This document shows, one piece after another, positions 53,665 to 64,000 of a stretch of DNA of 64,000 nt. The DNA is taken from the NCBI RefSeq assembly GCF_009914755.1, contig NC_060935.1; one strand, given 5' to 3'. This DNA comes from the human T2T-CHM13v2.0 reference genome, Homo sapiens. The translations under genes were made by a program, and so were the position numbers. The notes under the pieces are model-generated. The model made no database searches. It was not told the origin of the DNA and saw nothing but the letters and a program-made list of their open reading frames with translations. Position 1 is the stretch's first letter, and each line of letters opens with the position of its first letter.

Positions 53665-55651
53665 ACTCTTGGAACTAATAAGTGATTATGACAAAGTTGC
53701 AGAATACAGGTTATGCTTTCTTTTGAGAAATGAATGACTAGAATTTAAAATTAAAAGCTCAATGCTGTCTATATTACCAGCAAAAAGTACTTATGTAAAC
53801 ATCTAACAAAATATGTACAATATTCATATGAAGAAAACTACCAAAATCTCATGAAAGAAATCAAAGAAGATGTAAATAAAATAGATATTCCATGGACATG
53901 GACAGGAATACTCAATATTATCAAGATGTCAGTTCTTCTCTACCTGGTCTATGGATTTAATGCAATCCCAATTAAAGTCCCAGCTAGTTATCCTGTAGAT
54001 ATTTTAACAAAACTGATTCTAAAGATAATTGGAAAAGGCAAAAATCCAAAAAAAAAAAAAAAAGATTCACTGGAAGAGGAAAGTTGGAGGACTACCTGTA
54101 CGTGACTTTAAGATTTAACATAAAGTTATAGTAAACAACACAGTGCCCTACTGGCAAAAGAACAGACAAATGGATCAATGGAACAGAATGGAGAGCCCAG
54201 ATATAGATCTACACAAACATACTCAACTAACCTTTGACAAAGAAGCAAAGACCACTTAATGGAGAAAGAGGCTTTTCAACAGACAGTTTTGGAGCAATTG
54301 GACATCCACATACAAAATAATACGCAGACCTTACACCTTTCACAATGAACTCAAATGGATCGTAGACCTAAATGTAAAATGCAAAACTATAAAATTTCCA
54401 GCATATAACATAGGTGATAAGCTAGGTGAGCTTTGGTTTGGTGATGACATTTTAGTTACAATGCCAAAAGCATAATCCATGAAAGAACAAACTGACAAGT
54501 TGGACGGCATTATAATTAAAAACTTCCACTCTGTGAAACACACTGCTAGAAGAATAAAAACATGAGTCAGACTGGGAAATAACGTTTGCAAACTTATTGG
54601 ATAAAGGACTGGCATCTGAAAAGAACTGTCACAACTCAACCATAAGAAAACCAACAACCTAATTTAAAAATGGGGAAAATGTCAGAACAGACACCTCACC
54701 AAACAAGATATGCAGCTGGCAAATAAGCCTATGAAGAAATACTCAACATCATGTCGTCAGAGGATTGCAAAGTAAAAGAATGAGATACCACTATACACTT
54801 ATTAGAACAGTAAAATCCAAAATGCTGACAACATCAAATATTGGCAAGGATGTGGAGCAACAGGAACTCTTGTTTATTTCTGGTGGAAATGCAAACTGGT
54901 ACAGCTACTGTTGAAGACAGCTTGGCAGTTTTTTAAAATAATAAAATTAAACACACTCTTACCATAAATCTAGCAATTGTTCTCCTAGGTATTTACCCAA
55001 ATGAATTGAAAACTTATGTCTGCAAAAACCCCGCACGTGACTGTCTATAGCAGCTTTAATCATAATTGCCAAAACTTGGAAGCAACCAAGTTGTCTGTCA
55101 AACTGTGGTACATTCGGACAATGAAACGTTCAGTGGTTTTTTAGAAATGAGCTATCAAATCATGAAAAGACATACAGGAACCTTAAATGCATATTGCTAA
55201 GTAAAAAAACCAATCTGAAAGGGGTATATTCTGTATGATTCCAACTATAAGGCACTCTAGAAAACTATGAAGACAGGTCATTGAGTGCCGGGGGCTGGTG
55301 GGCGTCAGGGGGAGGGAGGGATGCATTGGTGGAGCACAGAGGACCTTTAGGGAAGTGAAACTATTCTATATAATACTGTAATGATGGGCACATGTCATTA
55401 CATATTTGTCAAAATCCATAGAGTGTATAATACCAACAGTGGCCCCTAATGTAAAGTATGTACATTTAGTGAAATGATGTCTCACTCTTGGCTCATCAAT
55501 TGTAACAAACATACCACATTTAGGCAAGATGTTAAAAATAAGGAAGATGTGTAGGGAGGGTAAGGGGATCTATGGGAGTTTTTGGATTTTCCAATAAACT
55601 ATTCTGTAAACCTAAAACTGCTTTAAAAAGTCTATTAATTAAAAATAAATA

Positions 55652-56005
55652 GGCTGGGTGCAGTGGCTCATGCCTGTAATCCCAGCACTTTGGGAGGCCA
55701 AGGCAGTTGGATCACCTGGATCACCTGAGGTCAGGAGTTTGAGACCACCCTGACCAACATATAGTGAAACGCTGTCTTTACTAAAATATAAAAATTAGCT
55801 GGGCGTAGAGGTGCATACCTATAGTCCCAGCTACTTGGGAAGCTGAAGCAGGAGAATCTCTTGAATCTGAGAGGTGGAAGTTGCAGTGAGCCGAGACAGC
55901 ATCACACAACTCCAGCGTGGGCAACAGAGCGAGATACCATCTCTTAAAAAATAAATAAATACATAAATATGTAAATAAATAAATATAAAAATAAATACAT
56001 AGAAC
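55652..56005 (+). mobile_element. AluS with TAAA-type tail and an internal 9-bp duplication (TGGATCACC x2)
   Basis: Full dimer. Confidence 0.95.
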
Positions 56006-56603
56006 AAAAACGTTCATTAAAAAACATGGAACATCAGACCCCTTTCCCTGCTGCCAGGGTGCAGACTCCCCAGCTCCCTGGAGTGACAGCGGGTGAGTGA
56101 CAAGGAGGGCTGTTTCCATGGGCTTGGCCAGTGGCTCCAGGACAGCTGCCCAGGGCTCTTGCGTCACTGAGTGCACTGAACCCGGTACCTGGCCCACAGG
56201 CTGAGGGATGGTGGTTTTGACTCGACATGGGCTTGGGGCTGTGTGTAGTCAGTGAGGTCAATGCACAGCTGTTGGGGGGACGGGAGGTCTTTTGTGGACC
56301 TGGGGACTGAGATTCAGGATGTCCTGACAGAGTGGGACTGGGGCTCTAAATGGAGATCTCTTCTTTGGAAAATAAAAAAAAGAAATAAAAAGCAAATCTT
56401 TGCCCAACTCATGCACTCTGGGTCCACTCTGGCTGGCATTTCCCCTTTAAATGCCTCAGGAACTGTGTAAAACGTTTCCACAACCACTTTCACTGCGGTG
56501 CAAGAAAAGATCCAGGCCCTACACCATCCACTGTCCATTTTCAACCTGCTTTTTCCTCTTCTCCCTTAGCTGACTTACAGCTTACTGATGTCCTGCTTGA
56601 ACT

Positions 56604-56753
56604 GTCTTTTCTTCCTAGTTCTAACGTAGCATCGTCTTTTCTCCCTAGTTCTAACGTAGCATCGTCTTTTCTCCCTAGTTCTAACGTAGCATCGTCTTTT
56701 CTTCTTAGTTCTAACGTAGCATCGTCTTTTCTTTCTAGTTCTAACGTAGCATC
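56604..56753. repeat. 30-bp minisatellite, 5 copies
   Basis: GTCTTTTCTYYYTAGTTCTAACGTAGCATC x5. Confidence 0.97.
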
Positions 56754-58333
56754 CCCAATTTGTTGTTTGCTGGCTACCTGATTAGGAGCTGTCCACCTGG
56801 TCCTGGCCTCCAGCTTCCATCCTCAGGCACCGTTCCTGCAGCTGGAAGCCCCAGGATACTCAGTCCTTGGCACTATGGCCCCAGACTATGCCCCTGGTTT
56901 CTCTCCTCTCCTTCCAGGCCACAGGGACTCACACACTTCAGTTCTCCTGGAGCCCTCCCTCTATCCAGGAATGGGAGATGTGGCATCGCTCCTAGCAAAG
57001 TGAGGCACACTGAGGCTTTGATACTGGGGTTGATGCAATGGAGATTTTCACAAGCCTTTAGGTGACTGTGCCAGTGGGAGGTTGGATTGGTGGATGCCAT
57101 CATTCCTTTCAACATCCTTATGTCTGCACAGAGGCCAGATCCCAGAGACTGAAACTGCAGAGGAATAAAAGTATAAGATTTTTTAAAAGTCTTTTTGCAT
57201 AAAAGTTTCAGAGACCAAGTAAGGTTATCAAATATTTGGGATGAAGTGGTGCATACAAAAGTGTGGAGAAATTGGTCCCCCACAGGGTCCTCTCCAGCCC
57301 TTTTACCAACACCTCCCCACTATGAGTCACAGGTAACTGGAACTAACAAGGCCTCTGAGACCATCTCAAGTCACCTTTTTCTTTTATCGATGAAGAATCT
57401 ACAGGCCAGAGACATGAGGGACACCCCTCAAGGTCGCACAGGGTGAATGGAACCACCAGGGCTGAAACTGAGGTCTTCTGACTCTCAGTTGGCCTTCCTC
57501 CACGCACCCACCCCTTTTACCTCCCAGTTCTCAAAGCACCCAAATCTCTGGGTCGCGGAAGAACAGAGTTTGGCCCTGGGAAGGCAAGGCTGCAGGCCAG
57601 GATGCAAGCTGTAGCAGCTTCCAAGTTAGGCTGCATGGTTTTATGGAGAAGGACGTACATGCTGATGGCCTTCATTGATGTAGAACTAGTCCTGTGGGAA
57701 CAGAGGCGGGAACGGTGGCTTCAGGACAAAAACTCCTCTGGTCAAAGAACTTTGAGATTGACTGCCCTGAAAAGTGGTTGACCTTGTCCAGGCCGTGAGG
57801 AAGGTTAAATGTGTACTCATGGGACATAAGCAGAGATGGGCTAGCTCTTGTTATACAATCTGTAAGAGTTGCCCTACAAACTTGAGGTGCAAACACTGAT
57901 ACAACGAATTCATTTTTCCAGTCAAATGTTGACACTGTAGATATCGGTAGGGAAGTTAATATATTATCTACTTTTTTAGGTTTTCTCTATGAATTGTCTG
58001 AAGGTTATCTGGGGCTTTGGAAGCTCAAAAAGGAAATCGGTTCACTTCTACAAACAGAGACCTGAGGCCTAATCCAATGGTCTCGTGTCTCACCACCATG
58101 TGGTGTCCCTGCTGAACACTGGTTCTGTGTTGTTTTCAGCCTGAGAATAAATTGTACTGGAATGTTTCTTCCAGGAGCAGCTGGTGGGATCCAGATGCCT
58201 GTGTCTGGAATGATCATTTTTCCAGGGAGGAAGACTCCATCCTCTGGGCTGAGCTTGGGTAGGGACTGTCTATCGGGCTCTTGTCTGCAACCTCACGCGT
58301 GGGATCCCAGAGTTCTAGCTGGCTCCAGGAGGT

Positions 58334-58977
58334 TGTAGGGGCCAAGGCAGGAGAGTTATCCTTTACCCTCTGAAGGTTGGCTGAAAAACCAACTCACAAA
58401 AGTCAGAATGATAGGAGAAAAGGCACACAAATTCATTTAATGTGTGTACATGGAGGCCTTCAGGATGAAGATCTAAAGTTACAGGGGAAATTGTCCATTT
58501 TTATGCTTAGGTTCAATGAAGTATAGACAATCACACAGAAAGAGGATTGGACAAAAGCAGTCTGATCTAATGCTAATAGACTGAGTGGGGAGACCAGCCA
58601 GGCCTGTCTGTCTAGATTCTCCCTGGCTTCTCACAGCAGCAACCCCCTTTCTGGGTAAGGGGCAGAGCTCTCTCTGGAATGGGGGTCTTATGACCTACTG
58701 TCAAACAAGGCAGGTAAGATCATTTCTTTGTGGCCAGTTTGTACACACATAGGGTAGAGAAAAAGTTAGAGTCATATTTTAGGTTGTATGGCTGGCTTTG
58801 GGGAAAAGGGGCTTCTGATAACTATGACCTGCCTTGGGGAAGAGGGATTCTGGTTTCTATGGCCAGCTTCAGGGGAGAATACGACTGAGAGACAGGAGGG
58901 GAGAAGGTCAGAGAGAAACTCTTACTTCTGAGGTTGCTTCTGAGGCCTTCTGGGGTATTGGTTTCTGAGCTCCAACA
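58334..58977 (-). mobile_element. ERV1 MER4-group solo LTR with intact TSD
   Basis: TG..CA ends (TGTAGGGG..CTCCAACA); 4-bp TSD AGGT on both sides. Confidence 0.88.
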
Positions 58978-60109
58978 AGGTCAAGGTTGAGGACTGAACA
59001 GGTTTTGGGATCTGGTACCTCTAAACCCAGAGCCACAGACCCCTTATTCTTAGAGAGCCATCCTAAGGGTTGGACAGTTTTTCTCTTAAGCTCTCAAAAA
59101 CAAACAAAAACAACAATAATGCCCAGACATGAAGCCTAAAGACAGACACACTTAGTCTAGGGTAGGACTCGGGTATCGACATGGAAAGACTTCTCTGTAA
59201 TTTTAATAAGCATCTAAGGTTGTGAATCATTGCTCTTCAAGAATAGGACACAATGGGGCACTCTGCCAAATTTATTACATATCCCTACATTTTACTCCTT
59301 GTGCCTGTCAGAAGAGCTTATAGATGAGGTACTTCTCCAGCCAGGTTTTCTTGCTCAGTGCTCGTGTGATGGGTCCAGGTAGCCAACCCAGAGAGACACA
59401 GGCCTTTGGCGAGATCGACAACATCATCAATTACATTGGAGCTGTGTCATGAGCTGACTGGCTGGCTAAGGAGGATCTTCTTGTTTTCAAAGTGTTCACC
59501 TGGCTTTCTTCATAGGATAAATATTGTTTTCTATTATCATTATTAAATGAAGGCAGATGCACTTTTTCCACCACACATGCAAGGGAATGAATAGCTGTGA
59601 ATTCTCTCAGAGGCTGTTGGAGGGGCCCCAAGTCTGCCTCCCGCTCTGCTCCCCACCCCAGCCAGCAGGGGTGTGTGGAGCCCAGGGCAGCTGCTGCAGA
59701 GTGAAGTGGAGAGGGCAGAGGAAGAAAGAGAAAGGGCTGATAGGGAGTGATGCGGTGGCTGAAGAAAAAAGAGAAAGAGACAAGGGGTAGAGGCAAGCGG
59801 CAAAGAGAAATAGAAGGAGAAGGAGGTACAGGAAAACCGGAAGGAATGATACCTAACTTGGTCTTAGTACTTTGCAGTTTTGCCAGGTTTATGACTGTGT
59901 TTGACACTCTACATGGCCCTTGGAGGTAAACAGGGTAAGTGAGGTTGTTACTATGTCATTTCCATGAAGAAGCTGGAATTGTGGCGGGATGTTGAGTCAT
60001 TTTACCTAAATGCCTAAAGCATGTCTCAAAAGAATGGAGGTGAGGCATTACTGCTGTCTACAAAATTTGAAACGGCCTTGTGTAGAGAAGGCTGAGCTTT
60101 AACTAATCA

Positions 60110-60330
60110 TTCTCTTCCTATGTGGAGGAGGCACTCTACACGCATAAACTTACTTAGTCCTCACAATAGCCACTTTGAGGTAGAGATTATTATTCTTGTT
60201 GTTCAAATGGGGACAAATGACTGCCCAAGAGCACATGGCTGCTGGGAAGGGTGAGCCCAGGTCCCCCAACTCCTGTTTTCCTCATATGACCTCCTATGAG
60301 TGGACCAGAACCTATTGCTCCAGGGTAGTG
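60110..60330 (-). mobile_element. MIR
   Basis: CTTAGTCCTCACAATAGCCACTTTGAGGTAGAGATTATTATT..AATGACTGCCCAAG. Confidence 0.65.
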
Positions 60331-61060
60331 GGAGATCCATTTCAGATCAGTCCAACGAGAAGTCCTTGCCTCAGAACTGCTCATGGATGAAAGGGTACAC
60401 TGGGAAGAACTGGGTTCTTGGAAGGATCCAAGCATAGGCTGGACAAGCTGTTGCCTGGAATGTGGGGTCAGATGTTCCCGCCATAGATAGATGGGGAGAC
60501 CAGATGCCTTTCCTCCCCATCCTGGGAGCCTTCGCCTTGGGAAAGTGTCCTGGAGTGCATTTCTCCAGGCTTGTGTTGGGCATCTGAGCTGGGACTAGAG
60601 GGTGGGTGTCCTGATGCCTGCTGAGAGCACCTTGTACTTCATCTGGAGGCACTCATGAAAGCAAAGGAGAAAAGCAAATGCTGGGAGGAACACAGGAAGG
60701 AAAACATAGAAGTAGCTCAAAGATCCCAGAGAAGAAGAAATGTGGGGAGACGCGGGCACACAGGCAGGGCGTCTGCACCGGCAGGGGCAGTGTTCGTACC
60801 CCCTACCCCCCATCTCGATACTGAGATAGGAGGACTCTCTTCTTAAAGTTGTTTGTTTTTCTTAGTTGACTGGGAAATTTCACCTTTAGTAATTCCTTCT
60901 GTTGGGCGTTAAGATCTCAGTTTATCAGAATATGCTGGTTAAAATGCAGATACCTCTGGGAGAAGTAACACAAGGTGTCACCTGGAGGCACTGTTTCATC
61001 AGTTTCTTTCCCCAAAAGACAGCAAAGTGGCCTGGAAATGGAACTCAGACTAGAGGTGGC

Positions 61061-61186
61061 GGGGCAGGGAGGCGAGGACGGGGCAGGGAGGCGAGGACGG
61101 GGCAGGGAGGCGAGGACGGGGCAGGGAGGCGAGGACGGGGCAGGGAGGCGAGGACGGGGCAGGGAGGCGAGGACGGGGCAGGGAGG
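61061..61186. repeat. 19-bp G-rich minisatellite, 6 perfect copies plus a partial
   Basis: GGGGCAGGGAGGCGAGGAC. Confidence 0.97.
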
Positions 61187-61829
61187 AGGGTTCCAAAGAA
61201 GCACGTTGCTGATTTCTAAGCATCACTCCTTGTGAGGACCAAGAAGGAATATTTTTGCTACTCTCACCCTGACTAAAGTGGTTCTCAAGTAAGTCTGGGG
61301 TCCAAAGCATTGAGGAGACCCCGGGGAGAGTTGTCAGAGGGTCTCAGAGGAACCTAGCTCAGGAGGAGAGGCCGAGGCAATCAAGATGGTTTATCTCTAC
61401 AAAGAGAAGGCTGAGGGGATACCTAGTGTCTTCCTTTAAATATCTGAAATTGTTCTTGAGAGCGGCTGGTGAAGATTCCACTTAAAACCTCGGGATCAAG
61501 GACTTCTCTCAAGCATGAGGAAGTGCTCCCTTCTCCAGAGGGATGCAAATGCTGGCGTGGAGTCTGCAGGGGGCCTGGCTGCTTCTGGGACATGGTGAGT
61601 GTGGGGAGAGGTCCCGGCTCTGCCGGATGACCAGGCACAGCCCTGCCATGGAGGCCTCCCAGCGGGGCCTGGGATCCATCTCGGCTGCTGGCCCAGCAGA
61701 TTCTCTCCCGTGCTGCTGCTGTGGTAAGTTACCCAAGCACAGAGGTGGGTTTCTGTGGGGGCCGGCGTTGGGACCCATGCCAGACTGATGGTGTAGATAA
61801 GAGGAAGTGTGACTCCAGCAGAGAGCATC

Positions 61830-62000
61830 AGCTTTGCTGTAGGACTGTCCCAGCTTCCAACCTCATTGCACCACTTGGCTCTGTGACTCTGAGAAACTTA
61901 CTAACCTCTCTTACCTTGTTATCCCATGTGTTAAATGGCAGCAATGATAGCCCCTTCCTCATAGGGCTGTTGATAGCCATATCCCAGCTGAGGACAGGAG
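61830..62000 (+). mobile_element. MIR
   Basis: CTGTGACTCTGAGAAACTTACTAACCTCTCT..AAATGG..CCTCATAGGGCTGTTG. Confidence 0.65.
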
Positions 62001-63783
62001 GTGAGGCTGAGAACAGTCCCAGCACTCAGACATGGAAGCAGCGCTACTGGGAGGCTTGAACATCCACTGTCTCTCCAGTCTCTGGACTAGCTCCTCCGTG
62101 CCCCCAAGGCTGATGTGTCAGAGATGAGATGTGAGACCTCAGCCCCTCCCGCCCCTGCTGCCTGGCTGCCACTTTGCATGCAGCTTTGGTCTGAACCCCA
62201 CCTGCTGCTCCAGACCACAGCTGGGCCCAGCCCACGTCCTCCTTCTTCCTTGGTGAGGAGACGGATATCTTTCCATCAGCCTGGCCAAGGAGGGGTGTAG
62301 CAGCAGGTTGTCCTGGGGAGGGAAAGGCTTCCGGTAGCCCTCCCTTCATCCCCCTTTCCATACCTCAAAACCACCAGCCCTCAACCAGGAAGCCCTAGGT
62401 CTTCCTTTCTGTCTTCCAAAGAAGAGGAGGACAGGGACAGAGGCAAACAACAGCCGCAGCCACCACCCTCCCAGCCTCACTGTCTTTGCTTGAAAGCAGG
62501 GGCATATAAAAATAAAAAATAAGGAAGACTAACCTTCTGGCCAATCTCAGTTTAGATACCCTGCAATTAAACAAATCCACAAACCCGCAACACATATTTA
62601 CATCTCATTAGCAGAAGCCAAATGCAACAACGGCATTAAAATTAAGAAATGAGGCACAATTATCCCGTCGGCGGCAGTGGGGAAGCCGTCAAGGGCTGGT
62701 TTCTTCATTAGTTTGCTCAGAAGTTCAGCAGCTCCCTAATTGTGGGCTGCTATTTTTTACCCCCTCCTCCTCCTGCTTAAAAAAAATTGTCTGAGGTTTT
62801 ATTTTTCTGCAGTGCAGCAGCTTCGATGGGGGGGGCCAGCAGGGCCCAGGAAGCTTGGAAGAAGTGCTGTCTCCTCTCTGGCCTCTGTAACCTCAGCCCC
62901 CAGCTGGGCCTGGCTGAGTGGCAGTGGCTGGGGGTTAGGAAGGCCTGGGGAACACCGGGTGGTGGTGCCCACAGATCCCAGTGGACTCCCAGGGAGGGCT
63001 CTCGACCGCTCACAGCCTGTACTGCTGCCATGGGGCTGGAGCTCCCTGGGGCCAGCTGCATCTCAGGAATGCATCCTGCTTCCCTTGGGCAGGCAGCTGT
63101 CCCAGGCACAGCTCTCAGGCCGGCTCTGCTGGCCCTCAGTGGGCCTTTCAGGAATGTGTGTGGGGTGGTGAATGAGAATGTTCTGGTCATAGCCCTTTAG
63201 TGCAGGTGAGGGGGGATTCGTGGGGCCCCAGGCTGTGCCCAGGTGGGTAGGCTTGGGCTCCAAGGGGGGTTGAAGAGCACTGGCCAGCTCCAGGGAGAGG
63301 CTTTGCCTGGAGCGCCCTCCTTTCTGGAGGGAGTCTTGTAGTGGCTGGCACTAAAATTGCACAGAGCCTTGGTTTTCTCAGCTGTCAAATGGCATAAGTG
63401 AGACACCTTCCTCCTCCCTCAGGGCTGCGTTTTGAGGTGCTTTGCGAGTGTCCAGGCTTGTTTTATTGTTGTCCAGCCTCTCGGTCCCCACTGGGAAGCC
63501 TGGGCGCTCTCCAGGGCAGGCCCGTCAGCTGGGAGAGCAGGGTTGGTCGGTGCCCTCAGGGCGGTTTGCCTCTCCCTATCAAAGTGGAGGTTTCACAGGC
63601 TTCCAAGTTACTGAGCTATGGATTTTCCTAGAGTCTCCAGGTGAAGAATTTTGTAAATATTCTACTTTATTTAATATTTGTGTCAAATCAGTACTTACAA
63701 ACACACATTTCAAACATAACTAGAAATAAATTATTTTAGGCTATTAATCAACAAACCATCAAATGCGACATTAATTTAGTGAC

Positions 63784-63892
63784 TGTTACAGGGACTGCAA
63801 AGACGTCCTGCCCCTCTTCCACACTGCCACACTCTGCATGTTACAGGGACTGGAGAGACGTCCTGCCCCTCTTCCACACTGCCACACTCTGC
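63784..63892. repeat. 55-bp tandem duplication (2 mismatches)
   Basis: TGTTACAGGGACTG.A.AGACGTCCTGCCCCTCTTCCACACTGCCACACTCTGC x2. Confidence 0.95.
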
Positions 63893-64000
63893 GTTAGAGG
63901 CTGCTGCCATTTGGAACGGCTGATGATGAAGGGATCTCACCCCAGGATTTTCTCACATCAGGGATGCAGCAGCAGGTTGGCCCAGGGGTTTGGGGGAGGG

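Noticed and set aside
61210-61400. Possible MER31/MER67-like LTR fragment
   Set aside because: Only short patches of similarity from memory; not enough to call.

Overview
Primate, most likely human, non-coding DNA. It is GC-rich over about the first 46 kb, has an AT-rich LINE block at ~47-56 kb, and is GC-rich again after that. I see no convincing protein-coding exon, tRNA/rRNA, CRISPR array or intact mobile element. Most recognisable sequence is ordinary mammalian repeat: six Alus, L1PA/L1M LINEs, L2/MIR fossils, MaLR and ERV1 solo LTRs, and MER DNA transposons. The region is also unusually rich in minisatellites and short tandem duplications, including a 22 x 31-bp CpG-rich VNTR. From memory only, the sequence resembles the enhancer-rich INHBB-GLI2 intergenic region of 2q14.2; this needs BLAT confirmation. 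I found no new multi-gene system. The best leads are: (i) an Alu plus 115 bp of foreign sequence inside one 17-bp target-site duplication (3' transduction or retrocopy); (ii) a 622-codon ORF whose frame depends on VNTR copy number; (iii) two short locally templated copy-paste insertions; (iv) several dense TF-motif clusters (K50 homeodomain palindrome, HNF1/FOXA, PBX-HOX/MEIS). Repeat subfamily names come from recalled consensus sequences, and boundaries of old repeats are approximate.
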